IMG/VR virus record: IMGVR_UViG_3300033991_000123
Location: 4,506-68,505 of that record
Reading direction: 5' to 3' (one strand)
DNA length: 64,000 bases
From: a virus
Below the pieces are notes generated by a model. The model saw nothing but the letters and a program-made list of their open reading frames with translations, ran no database searches and was not told the origin of the DNA. Positions 39,404 to 48,833 of the stretch are shown here, one piece after another (within the stretch, counting starts at the first letter, position 1; the number at the start of each line of letters is the position of its first letter). A program made the position numbers and the translations under genes.

Positions 39404-40125
39404 TTTTATTATCTAAAGAAGAATTTATCGCAACAAAGTCAAGTGACACGCTGGCTTTATTAGGTTCCGGCTATTCCATTAATTCGATATCAAGATTTGG
39501 ATGGGAGTATATTATTAACGAATGTGACTCAATCGCGTTTAACTATTTTTATAAATATAAACGAATCGATATTATCCCTACGTATTATTTGATTGATGAA
39601 CATGGAGTAAACCCAAAAAAGATTACTCCAAACACAACCGCCCAGGACGTAATCGATCATGTTCGCGCAAAGTATTTGATTATTAAAAATCGCAATAATC
39701 CAAACGAAATAGTAAACTATGCCCGAGATCACGAGGTTTTCAAGCAGTCCGGAATAATCGTCAATCAGTTGCATAAAAATGGTAAATATGAGGATTTGGA
39801 TAAGGATTTTTATTCTGACGGGGTTTATTCGGGCAAAAGCTGTATTTTCAATGGTATACATTTGGGTATTTGGAATAATTATAAACGTGTCATTTTATAC
39901 GGTGTAGATTTGTACGATATGCGTTATTGCTGGATGCCCTACAACGAGGAATGGGAATGCGTAACCGTTGATGGAAAAAGCATGCACGACCAACACCCAC
40001 AGGCTATCGCAATCGTTGAACGAATGGCTGCTATTTCACAAAGATATCCGGGAACGGAATTTTGTATTCATAATCCACGATCACTACTAGCGGGAGTATT
40101 ACCGTTGTGGAACGTGTTTCAATAG
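39400..40125 (+). CDS. Putative nonulosonate (sialyl)transferase-like protein, Maf/DUF115/GT29-42-like fold
   Basis: ALLGSGYSIN, IAFN, ILYGVDLYD. Confidence 0.55.
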   Translation: MILLSKEEFIATKSSDTLALLGSGYSINSISRFGWEYIINECDSIAFNYFYKYKRIDIIPTYYLIDEHGVNPKKITPNTTAQDVIDHVRAKYLIIKNRNNPNEIVNYARDHEVFKQSGIIVNQLHKNGKYEDLDKDFYSDGVYSGKSCIFNGIHLGIWNNYKRVILYGVDLYDMRYCWMPYNEEWECVTVDGKSMHDQHPQAIAIVERMAAISQRYPGTEFCIHNPRSLLAGVLPLWNVFQ

Positions 40126-40856
40126 TAATCCCTAATTTTAATTGCCCGTATCTATGGGCGGCAATACGGTCCTGTGTGAAACAGACATACCAAAATCTCG
40201 AAATAATAATTGTCGATGATGCATCAACAGACAGAAGCGGTTTAAACTGCGTGCAGGAATTTAACGATACCCGTATACGATTCATACAAAGAGAAACAAA
40301 TGGGGGTTCTGCCGCCGCCCGTAATACCGGGATTCGTGCCGCAACCGGTCAGATTATTGCTTTTTTAGACGCCGATGATATGCTTATGGAAAACTCCGTC
40401 GCAAAACGAGTGGCCATATTACAACGATTTGCTTTTGTTGGTATTGTTTGCTCGTATACGTACGTTGTCTATGGTGAGTGGGCGGTAAAGCACTACAAAA
40501 AATACCATGAATGCTATGCCATTAAAGAAGGCAAATTGGTTCCGTCTCCTACGGGAATGATTCGAAAATCACTTATCGATCAATACGGCTTTTTTGATGA
40601 AAGAATTTGGTTTAATGAAGACCGCGAATTTTGGGGACGCATGATTGTAACCAATAAAATCCCGACGATTAAATTGGCAATTCCAACGGCATATTATCGC
40701 AAACACGATTCAAATAAATTAAGCACCATGCACAACGCCGACATGCTGGATAAATTAAAAACCAATGATATAATTCCATTCTGGAAAAACTTCGAATACC
40801 TTTCTGACGCGAGTGATGCGTTACAGCTTATTAACATTTTAAAAACGGATGAATAA
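40107..40856 (+). CDS. Glycosyltransferase family 2
   Basis: VSIVIPNFN, IVDDASTD, ARNTGI, FLDADD. Confidence 0.9.
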   Translation: MERVSIVIPNFNCPYLWAAIRSCVKQTYQNLEIIIVDDASTDRSGLNCVQEFNDTRIRFIQRETNGGSAAARNTGIRAATGQIIAFLDADDMLMENSVAKRVAILQRFAFVGIVCSYTYVVYGEWAVKHYKKYHECYAIKEGKLVPSPTGMIRKSLIDQYGFFDERIWFNEDREFWGRMIVTNKIPTIKLAIPTAYYRKHDSNKLSTMHNADMLDKLKTNDIIPFWKNFEYLSDASDALQLINILKTDE

Positions 40857-41794
40857 TGCGCGTATTATTTCCTGATATCTCAAATCCCTATGGTGGCAAG
40901 GGATGGTTTTTACACGGACTTGTCGCCAAGTTAAGGCAGATAGGCGTACAGGTAACACATGATGCGCATGATGATTACGATGTTAGTTTGGAAAATATAC
41001 GAATACGAACCAAAACCAAACGGCCAATTGTAGTGAGGCTTGACGGTGTATACCATGATACTTCTATTCCGTGGGCCGAGAAAAACGCGAGTTTGAAAGA
41101 TGCGGCGGAACGAGCAACGGCAATCGTGTGCCAAAGTGAATACGGTAAACGAATGGTACGGGAATATTTAAATGCCGACGAATCTAAAATATCAATTATT
41201 CATAATGGTACCGATTTGAACGCAGAAACGATCGATCCCGAATTAACCCATCAACATAATTTTGTTGCCCTGTCGGTATGGCGACCACATAAGCGCCTCG
41301 AGGACATTATAAAAGCATTTTTGGTTGCCGATATCCCCGATTCCTGTTTACGAATTTTGGGGAAAATGGGTGCCGGTATGACCGATGATATTTATCGATA
41401 CGCTTCCGATCGGGTTGTTTTTATGGGTCAAATTACCGATAGGCCACGCTTGCTCGGTTACCTGAAAACCGCTACAGCCATGATACATCTATGTTGGTTT
41501 GATTGCTGCCCCAATTCAGTTGTAGAAGCGATCGGACAGCGATGCCCGGTAATTTGCAGTAATGAAGGCGGCACGCATGAGCTTGTAGAACCGAGCAACG
41601 GGATAGTGTTGCCGCTTGATCGGCAGTATGATTTAAAGCCGGTCGATTTGTATCAACCCCCGCCCGTCGATATTAACAAGGTGGCGGAAGCCATGCATAT
41701 TATTGTCCGAGTAAAACCACCCATATTTAATTCTCATGTTGATATTAACCGCACGGCGGCGTTTTATAAAAAGGTGTTTGAATCGGTGCTATGA
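40856..41794 (+). CDS. Glycosyltransferase family 4
   Basis: IIHNG, HKRLEDII, CCPNSVVEA, GGTHELV. Confidence 0.88.
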   Translation: MRVLFPDISNPYGGKGWFLHGLVAKLRQIGVQVTHDAHDDYDVSLENIRIRTKTKRPIVVRLDGVYHDTSIPWAEKNASLKDAAERATAIVCQSEYGKRMVREYLNADESKISIIHNGTDLNAETIDPELTHQHNFVALSVWRPHKRLEDIIKAFLVADIPDSCLRILGKMGAGMTDDIYRYASDRVVFMGQITDRPRLLGYLKTATAMIHLCWFDCCPNSVVEAIGQRCPVICSNEGGTHELVEPSNGIVLPLDRQYDLKPVDLYQPPPVDINKVAEAMHIIVRVKPPIFNSHVDINRTAAFYKKVFESVL

Positions 41795-41824
41795 AACCTT
41801 ATCATGCTAAAAAGGATATAAAAA

Positions 41825-42547
41825 ATGAACATATTAACCTCGGATTCGTTTCGCAGTAAAAAGCAACATTCAAAACTTGCCATATTCGGAACAGGTTATT
41901 CTATCAATTATATCACTCCTGATCAATGGGTTAAAATAGAAACCTGTTATGATACCTTGGGAATAAATTGGATGCTTAAATTAAAAAAACCTATGACATG
42001 GTATATTGTCAGGGAACAATGCGCTACCCCGAAAAGAATTGAGCCGGGACATACCTTAAATGATTTTATTGAATTGATGGCTTATCAAAAAAATGCATGC
42101 AAAATTGTTAAGGATATAGGATATCAAAAAAACAATTATCAACATGCAAAAAATATTAATAATTATGAAGGTGATGGTTATATTTTCAATGAGATACGAT
42201 ATGAATGCGATGTCAAAAGTTTTAAACATTCCGATATGTTTAAGGAAGGAATTCATCATGGACGGGGAACTATATGGGATGCATTGCATTTTGCGATTCA
42301 AATGAATTATGAAGAAATAATTTTTGGCGGTATTGATCTTTATGATAATAGATATTTTTATCTCGGTTATGATGAAATTTTAGAACAAGTAAAAAACGAA
42401 GGAAGAGATCAAAATAGTCCCCATCTTCTTTCTAAGAGAACCCTTAAAATAGTTCAAGATACTATTGAATATTATAAACTTCCGATGGCAACGATTAATC
42501 CAAAATCCACGCTAAACACAATAATGCCTGTTTGGAATGAAACATGA
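41825..42547 (+). CDS. Second nonulosonate-transferase-like paralog
   Basis: AIFGTGYSIN, LGIN, IIFGGIDLYD; colinear with 39400-40125. Confidence 0.55.
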   Translation: MNILTSDSFRSKKQHSKLAIFGTGYSINYITPDQWVKIETCYDTLGINWMLKLKKPMTWYIVREQCATPKRIEPGHTLNDFIELMAYQKNACKIVKDIGYQKNNYQHAKNINNYEGDGYIFNEIRYECDVKSFKHSDMFKEGIHHGRGTIWDALHFAIQMNYEEIIFGGIDLYDNRYFYLGYDEILEQVKNEGRDQNSPHLLSKRTLKIVQDTIEYYKLPMATINPKSTLNTIMPVWNET

Positions 42548-43503
42548 GAACGAACCCCTTTGACGCAATTTATAAACAATGTAATTCAACGGATTATTTA
42601 TTGAAATTAAAAAATCCACTCGTTTTTCCGAGGTGTTTGGATATAGAAGTTACTAACCGTTGTAATTTACAATGTTTAATGTGTCCAACCGGAAACGGTA
42701 TGAGCAAAAGAGCAACGGGTCAAATGTCGGGGGATATTTATTTAAAAATAATAAATGAAGCTGAAAAGTATAATGCCGCTATTCGATTTATTCGTTGCGG
42801 AGAACCCACGCTTCATAAAACACTAATTGATTTTATTAAATTGGCAAAAACAAAAAATATTCTGTGTCACTTGAATACGAATGGCGCGATACTTACAGAA
42901 AATTATATAATCAAAATACTAAATTCCGGATTGGATAGTATTAAATTTTCCCTACAGGGGATTAATTTGTTTGGGTATAACGAAATGCGGTTAGGTGGAA
43001 ATTATAATGCTATAATAAATTCAATAAAAACCCTTTATGCCTTAAGGGGTAATGAAAAAAAACCTTATATACATATTTCAACAACCGTTACCTGCGAAAA
43101 ACAAAACGAAATAAAACAGTTTAAAAAAGAAATGAAGAGCTTTTGTGATTTAGTTACCGTGGGCAAGACTGTTCTTGATTATATAAATATAGAAGAAACC
43201 ACTCTTGATGCGGCTAAAAAAACAATTCTTGCCAATTTAATGCGCAAAGAATCCGTCAATAAAATACATCCCCATTGCCCAGAAGTATTTGATAAACTGT
43301 CTATTGATTGGGACGGTTCAGTTACCGCCTGTTGTTGGGATTATAACAGGTATATGTTAATAGGGTATATTGGAACGCACTCATTGAAAGAAATTTGGGA
43401 ATGCAAAAAACTTAATGCGTATAGAAATATTCTTTACAATATGAATCACGATAGTCTTAAATTGTGTAAAAATTGTTACGATTATATAGAACTTAAACAT
43501 TGA
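42544..43503 (+). CDS. Radical SAM/SPASM-twitch protein
   Basis: CNLQCLMC, GEPTLH, NTNG, CC..D, CKNC. Confidence 0.88.
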   Translation: MRTNPFDAIYKQCNSTDYLLKLKNPLVFPRCLDIEVTNRCNLQCLMCPTGNGMSKRATGQMSGDIYLKIINEAEKYNAAIRFIRCGEPTLHKTLIDFIKLAKTKNILCHLNTNGAILTENYIIKILNSGLDSIKFSLQGINLFGYNEMRLGGNYNAIINSIKTLYALRGNEKKPYIHISTTVTCEKQNEIKQFKKEMKSFCDLVTVGKTVLDYINIEETTLDAAKKTILANLMRKESVNKIHPHCPEVFDKLSIDWDGSVTACCWDYNRYMLIGYIGTHSLKEIWECKKLNAYRNILYNMNHDSLKLCKNCYDYIELKH

Positions 43504-43572
43504 AAGAACGGTGCCGCACTTGTCATTGCGGGTAGAAGCAATAAAAACTCAAAAACCACAAAGGGGTTTATC

Positions 43573-44682
43573 GTGAAACGATGTATAAAATGCTTAAAAC
43601 CAAACACTCTGCCGGGGGTTGTTTTTAGCGCGGATGGAGTTTGCCCAGCTTGTGAGCGTTTTGAAAATCGCAAAAATATAGATTATTCAAAACGACGTGA
43701 ATTTTTAACTCGTCTCTGCGATGAGTTTCGGAGGACAAATGGAAAATACGATTGCATTATCCCTGTTAGCGGCGGCAAGGATTCGTATTTTCAAACGTAT
43801 CTTATGACTCAGGTTTATAAAATGAATCCATTACTGGTATGCGTTACCGATCCGTTTGAGCATACCGGCGCGGGAACGCATAACTATCAAAACCTAGGCC
43901 GTGCGTTTGGATGCGATATGATAACCCTTACCCTGAATCCGGAGTTTGTCGCAAAATCATCCGTTGCAACATTCCGGGAACTTGGTTCGACCAACTGGGC
44001 GGTAGATAAAGCGATTTATGCGTGGCCGCTGAACGTTGCTCTTGAAAAGGATATACGGTTAGTTGTTTACGGTGAAAACGTCGCATGGGAATATGGGGGC
44101 ATGAATGCCGAAGATACGTACAATGCAAACAAACAGATCAATAACGATGTGGTTAAAGGTGATGGCGAGGAAATCATTAAACTATGTGATCCGGAGCAAA
44201 AAAATTATAATGCACTACGCTATCCCAGCACCACAATGTTTGATATGTCGGGAGTGCAAGCTATTTACGCCTCATATTTTTACCCCTGGAATGATTTAAT
44301 CAATGTAGCGGAAGCGGAAAAATGGGGATTCCGTTGCCTTGGCGAGGAGTGGAACCGCCAGGGGTTTTTAGACGATTACGCGCAAATCGATTCGGTTGGA
44401 TATCTCTTCAATTATTATTTAAAATTTATGAAATACGGCATCGGTCGCGTTGTCGATATCGGGAGCCGGTGGGTTCGATACGGCAAAATAACCAAGGAAC
44501 AATTGGCTGCGCAAATCGAACATAAGGAAGGCCGTCAAGACGATCGTATAGTGCGTGACTTTTTGCGTGTCACAAACCTGGGTCGCGAAGAGTTCCTGAA
44601 AATTATGTCAAAATGGTGGAATTACGACATTTTCGAAATCGATCATTGTGGCGGTTGGCACTGGAAAGACCCAATTTTGTGA
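43573..44682 (+). CDS. N-acetyl-sugar amidotransferase (PP-loop, PseA/WbpG-like)
   Basis: CIKC...CPAC, YDCIIPVSGGKDS, YGEN, KFMKYGIGR. Confidence 0.85.
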   Translation: MKRCIKCLKPNTLPGVVFSADGVCPACERFENRKNIDYSKRREFLTRLCDEFRRTNGKYDCIIPVSGGKDSYFQTYLMTQVYKMNPLLVCVTDPFEHTGAGTHNYQNLGRAFGCDMITLTLNPEFVAKSSVATFRELGSTNWAVDKAIYAWPLNVALEKDIRLVVYGENVAWEYGGMNAEDTYNANKQINNDVVKGDGEEIIKLCDPEQKNYNALRYPSTTMFDMSGVQAIYASYFYPWNDLINVAEAEKWGFRCLGEEWNRQGFLDDYAQIDSVGYLFNYYLKFMKYGIGRVVDIGSRWVRYGKITKEQLAAQIEHKEGRQDDRIVRDFLRVTNLGREEFLKIMSKWWNYDIFEIDHCGGWHWKDPIL

Positions 44683-45854
44683 ACGAACACTTATTAAATA
44701 TGATCCCGCTGTTTTTCGGGCGGATCGGCTCATGGTGGATAGACCGAATGGCGCTTGCTGAATTTTGCTGCAATCGTGACTTAGAATCAGTAAGCGCCAT
44801 TCATATTGGCATGACAAATGTTTCACGTGAAACTATTTGTCAACGCTGTACCATGTTTGGATTTCCATATGAGCAAACAGATGACGAAATTGTTACGGTA
44901 ATGTTTGGTAAACCGATCCACATCATTATATACGAACGTGAGCGCAAACAATATCTAACCGGTGGTATTTACGGAGAGTGGGTACGATGTAGCGATGAAC
45001 GCGCTGCGGAGCTACGAAACAAAAATCCGTATATGACCGCTGCTGGCATGTGGAGAGTTCCTTATTCGCAGACCTTTCCGGCCGAATATTATTTGCCGTA
45101 TTGTCCGGGATTCGTACTGGATCAAATTGTCCCAGGATGGTTCCAAACGATTAAACATAGGCCGTTTAGCTGGGGGATAAACGATCATTTTTTTGATGAG
45201 GCTCGAGCAAAAAACGGCGTAGAGTTATTGGCTCAGTTGTATGAATGCGGGCGTAAGGCCAAAATTGATCACGCGATGTTTATCGGCTTTGGAACATTAC
45301 TTGGGGCTATTCGCCACGGCGGATTTATCCCGAACGACCGCGATATGGACATGTGTATTTTGGCTGATCGTATATCCGTTGACGCCGCGCTTGCATACAT
45401 TGAGGCGTGCCAGGCTGCGGGACTAGGTGAGCACCGATGGCGTGCGCCGGAGTTCCGGGCGGATACAGGGATGCCATTATGGTTTTCGCTGGGGCCAAAA
45501 AACCCTGTGTCCGAATCGGGAGTTAAATGCTGTCAATGGTTTTGGTTTAAGCATGGTGGTTACTGGTGGCATAGTAAGGGCGCTCAGTGGATATCCCCAA
45601 GCAAGTTTAATCCACACAAAGTAGCGTACACACAATCCGACGCCGCGATCGCCAAAGGGATACCGGAAGGATGCGTTAATCGATTAGTCGAGCATAATTT
45701 CTTAGGGCTACCAGTTTTGGTACCGAGCACGGCCGGAAGATGTCTTGATGAATGGTATCCCGGTTGGCCGGTCCCTCGAGAGGGTGCCAGCGCCCATACA
45801 TATCATTTGGTGGTAGGTAACTGGCATGATGAACGAACTTGGCGCGTTAGCTAG
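44679..45854 (+). CDS. LicD-family nucleotidyltransferase-fold protein
   Basis: GTLLGAIRHGGFIPNDRDMD; GTGA overlap start. Confidence 0.8.
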   Translation: MNEHLLNMIPLFFGRIGSWWIDRMALAEFCCNRDLESVSAIHIGMTNVSRETICQRCTMFGFPYEQTDDEIVTVMFGKPIHIIIYERERKQYLTGGIYGEWVRCSDERAAELRNKNPYMTAAGMWRVPYSQTFPAEYYLPYCPGFVLDQIVPGWFQTIKHRPFSWGINDHFFDEARAKNGVELLAQLYECGRKAKIDHAMFIGFGTLLGAIRHGGFIPNDRDMDMCILADRISVDAALAYIEACQAAGLGEHRWRAPEFRADTGMPLWFSLGPKNPVSESGVKCCQWFWFKHGGYWWHSKGAQWISPSKFNPHKVAYTQSDAAIAKGIPEGCVNRLVEHNFLGLPVLVPSTAGRCLDEWYPGWPVPREGASAHTYHLVVGNWHDERTWRVS

Positions 45855-46338
45855 TCGTATTTTAACTCAAGGGGCCGACGAATATGCGTGGACAAATCAT
45901 TTACCTATGGCGAGGTGGACTATGGATGCAGCAGCAAGGGAATTTTTATATGGCCGCGAAAGCAGCACCTTGGGGAGAATTGCTCTTTTTTCCGGGCGTT
46001 TCGACCGGCCGCATATCGGACATATAATTCAAATTATGAGGCTAGGTCAGCGGTTCAGTCGTGTGGTTGTGCCGGTGCTAGATTATCCCGAACAACGATA
46101 CCCGGTACAATACCGGGTGCAGATTTTGTCCGAAGCGCTTGCGATGGCGCGGGGCAACTATTCGATTGTTTCAAATAAGTGCCATTTTGCGAAAATTACT
46201 CGAGAAGAGGCCCTCGAGTTTGAGTTTGATGTTTATGTTGGCGGAAACATTGACTGTATTCGGAATATGGAGCAGCTTGGATTTGAAACCTTGTTTGTAT
46301 CTCGAGCGTATGATTACAGCGCATCGGCGGAGCGGTAG
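45826..46338 (+). CDS. HIGH-motif cytidylyltransferase (TagD-like)
   Basis: SGRFDRPHIGHI. Confidence 0.75.
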   Translation: MMNELGALASRILTQGADEYAWTNHLPMARWTMDAAAREFLYGRESSTLGRIALFSGRFDRPHIGHIIQIMRLGQRFSRVVVPVLDYPEQRYPVQYRVQILSEALAMARGNYSIVSNKCHFAKITREEALEFEFDVYVGGNIDCIRNMEQLGFETLFVSRAYDYSASAER

Positions 46339-46340
46339 TA

Positions 46341-46766
46341 TCAATATCTGGTGAAACCAGTTCCGCATCCCTTTTTAAACGAACCCTTGGGGATGAATTT
46401 AAATAGTTCAAACGCGATAGGATTGTCCGCCCAACAAATCCCCACAAACGCGCAGCGGGGATCTATTTTCGCCATCCAATCCCGCTGGTCCTTTTCCAGG
46501 CGACTAGCGGGCATTGTGTTGCCACGAACCTCTTTGACTTCCACCGCGCGGTATAGTGGGTACTTGGTGGGGCCTATTTGGACGCATTCGTAGCCGGTAT
46601 AATCGGCGACGCCTCCGCCTCCACGGCAATTGATAACGGTTGGTTTATTGAGGTACACAACACGGGTTTCCGGTTGAGTCCGAACCATAATCCAGCCATT
46701 TTCTCGAAACCATTGTTCGGCTAGCTGCTCCCCTACGCTGCCTTGCGAATATGGGCGCGAGGACAT
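46341..46766 (-). CDS. PD-(D/E)XK nuclease, RecU/Holliday junction resolvase-like
   Basis: GEQLA, VADYTG, AVEVKE, Q..WM. Confidence 0.65.
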   Translation of the reverse strand: MSSRPYSQGSVGEQLAEQWFRENGWIMVRTQPETRVVYLNKPTVINCRGGGGVADYTGYECVQIGPTKYPLYRAVEVKEVRGNTMPASRLEKDQRDWMAKIDPRCAFVGICWADNPIAFELFKFIPKGSFKKGCGTGFTRY

Positions 46767-46906
46767 ATTCGTTCTATCCTCCGCATCTCGAGTTGGAGTT
46801 CTGCCAGAATTTTTTTACATCGCTTGCTGGCGCGTCTGGCTTTGCATTGATTAGCGTGCAATTTGCCGCGTAGGCGGCCCAACTGCTCCAATAATGGTGG
46901 GTGCAT
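46733..46906 (-). CDS. Small basic hypothetical protein
   Basis: ATG 46906 with GAGG SD. Confidence 0.4.
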   Translation of the reverse strand: MHPPLLEQLGRLRGKLHANQCKARRASKRCKKILAELQLEMRRIERICPRAHIRKAA

Positions 46907-46972
46907 AGGTGCCTCGTAGTTGGTTTTAAAGATGCATTTCGGATTATACAGTCTTGGTAAAAAGGGGTCAAG

Positions 46973-47005
46973 AAAAAAATAAAGCCGCCCCAACTGGAGC
47001 GGCTT
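46973..47005 (-). terminator. Rho-independent terminator downstream of integrase/attP
   Basis: AAGCCGC/GCGGCTT stem; T-tract follows on minus strand. Confidence 0.6.
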
Positions 47006-47133
47006 AACTTGAGTGAATGCCGTAGCGCAAAATAGCGCAAAATAGCGCAAAAATGTTCCGGGTTGGTCCTGCTTGGTCGTTGGTTTTTGAGGAATTTGAT
47101 GAAATTTCGCGGTTTTTGAGGTAACGCACTATC

Positions 47134-47172
47134 TTTTGAGTCCAGTACGTCTACCAATTTCGTCACTTCGGC
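47134..47172 (-). pseudogene. 5' half of tRNA-Leu(CAA), ending at anticodon loop (attP identity block)
   Basis: GCCGAAG-TG-ACG-AAATTGGTAGA-CGT-A-CTGGA-CTCAAAA, then no TCCAG 3' anticodon strand and no T arm. Confidence 0.85.
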
Positions 47173-47180
47173 ACAATAAA

Positions 47181-47193
47181 AATCAATAACTTG
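47181..47193 (+). promoter_or_regulatory. IHF binding site
   Basis: AATCAATAACTTG matches WATCAANNNNTTR. Confidence 0.7.
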
Positions 47194-47246
47194 CAGACTT
47201 ACCTTTCTTCCGTCAGCCCCCCAATAGCGCAAAATAGCGCACTTTT

Positions 47247-48515
47247 TCATGTTTCTGCCCCCGACACTTCCGACAAACGAGATTTGTACGCTTGACGAAT
47301 GACGAATTGTACGTCGCTTAACGCCATGCCCTTTTCCTGTGCCATTGCAAGCAATCCTTGTACCAATTCCTCCATTCCCTCCGGAATCGCTTGCGTGGTC
47401 CCGGCAACTGAGCGCTGACGGGCTTCGTCGATCACATCATACGCCGCACTAACAGCGCTTGAAGAATGTCCCATATTACGCATCGTTGCCGCAAAATCTG
47501 CACCTTCCACGCTCTTTCTAGTGCGATACGAATGCCGATGATTGTGCGCTTTAAACCGGCAGTATTTTTTATTGCCGGTTTTTATAGCGTATTTATCCGC
47601 CCAAATTCTAATGGAATGGGAAAAGGAATTTTTTGTAACCACTCCACCATATTTTCCGCGAAATACGATATCGTCGTTTTTGCCGCTAGTAAAATATTCT
47701 ATCCACAACTCTTCTAAAACAGGTTCCATTTCAGGATCATAAAAAACTACCTTGGCCCGGTTTTCTTTGAGGTCGTTAGCTTGGAATGTAATTTTACGCT
47801 CCTTTCTGTTGATTCTGGACCAACGCACGCCTTTTAATTCCCCTGGCCTTAACCCGGAATAAAAACACATCATCGCGGGACAATATAAATGTTTTGGAAA
47901 TGTCGCGACCATCGGCAGAAACTCTTCCGTCGTAAGAGAGACTGCTTCGTAATCATCAAAACGGCGGAGTTCTTTCGCCAGTTGGTCGGTTTTCCCGCAG
48001 CATCGGGTCAGCGGATTAAATGAAACAAAGCCTTCATCGATTCCCCAATTAAATATTCGAACGCCATATCGCATTATTTTTTTTACGCTTTTTGCACCTA
48101 ATTGCGTATGCTTCCAAGCTCCGCGTTTTGGGGTTTCTATCGGGGTGCGGATGGCAGCAAGTAGCCATTTTTTAAAATCAGTTTTATCGAACTGATCGCA
48201 TCGATAGTGGCCCCAACGGCGGATTAATATATCTACATAGTACGCATTTGAGGTGGCCCTAGTCAGGGGAACCAAATAATCGTCTCGGTATTTTGCAGCT
48301 AATTCCCCAAAAGTTAAATCGGGGTTCTGCATGTGCTTCGCTTTAATCCCAAGAACGTTAGTAAGTCCGCTACTTTCAAGGAGCCGTTTGGCACAGAGCT
48401 GGTCGTACAGCTTTTGCGCCTCTTTTTTTGGTAGGTATTTGTTGTGAGACTTCCCCAACTCATCCCGCCAAAAAACCCGAAAAATACCATCCTTATACGG
48501 TGTTATGCTAGCCAT
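47247..48515 (-). CDS. int: Tyrosine integrase
   Basis: SGLRPGEL (R), HNHRHSY (HxxR), MGHSS (H), AAYD (Y). Confidence 0.92.
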   Translation of the reverse strand: MASITPYKDGIFRVFWRDELGKSHNKYLPKKEAQKLYDQLCAKRLLESSGLTNVLGIKAKHMQNPDLTFGELAAKYRDDYLVPLTRATSNAYYVDILIRRWGHYRCDQFDKTDFKKWLLAAIRTPIETPKRGAWKHTQLGAKSVKKIMRYGVRIFNWGIDEGFVSFNPLTRCCGKTDQLAKELRRFDDYEAVSLTTEEFLPMVATFPKHLYCPAMMCFYSGLRPGELKGVRWSRINRKERKITFQANDLKENRAKVVFYDPEMEPVLEELWIEYFTSGKNDDIVFRGKYGGVVTKNSFSHSIRIWADKYAIKTGNKKYCRFKAHNHRHSYRTRKSVEGADFAATMRNMGHSSSAVSAAYDVIDEARQRSVAGTTQAIPEGMEELVQGLLAMAQEKGMALSDVQFVIRQAYKSRLSEVSGAET

Positions 48516-48565
48516 GCGTATCCTTTCCAAGTGGCAAGGACCGCGAAACATAACGCGCTATCCAA

Positions 48566-48594
48566 AATATATAATAGTAGCTGCAAAAAATCAA
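48566..48594 (-). promoter_or_regulatory. Putative integrase promoter
   Basis: TTGATT-17 bp-TATATT. Confidence 0.55.
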
Positions 48595-48830
48595 GACCGT
48601 ACATAACGCTTATAGGTCGTCATCCAGCGATCGATTGTTTCGGGTCGCCAGTACATCGCCGATTGGGATATTCGGAAATCCGGCGGCGGTAGTTTTCCTT
48701 GGCGAATCCATTTAAAAATCGTGTGTACGGCGGGTTTTCCGTCTTCTGTGGTACAATCAAAATAAATCGCTAGTCGCCGCACTGTAAAAAGCTGTTTGTT
48801 TTCTACGGATTCATTTTCTGTTTCCACCAT
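48591..48830 (-). CDS. Excisionase / AlpA-like HTH protein
   Basis: TIFKWIRQGKLPPP...WRPETIDRWM, adjacent to int. Confidence 0.75.
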   Translation of the reverse strand: MVETENESVENKQLFTVRRLAIYFDCTTEDGKPAVHTIFKWIRQGKLPPPDFRISQSAMYWRPETIDRWMTTYKRYVRS

Positions 48831-48833
48831 ATT

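Larger units (their letters stand above)
47023..47241. mobile_element. attP site: arm-type direct repeats TAGCGCAAAA (3 copies 47023-47052; 2 copies 47225-47241) flanking tRNA-derived core and IHF site
   Basis: Repeats, tRNA fragment and WATCAANNNNTTR match directly downstream of tyrosine integrase. Confidence 0.85.

Noticed and set aside
47134-47172. Functional phage tRNA gene
   Set aside because: Lacks the 3' anticodon strand, T arm and acceptor 3' strand.
46774-47250. 158-aa minus-strand ORF
   Set aside because: Overlies attP repeats, the tRNA fragment and a terminator; translation repeats CAILRY from the arm sites.
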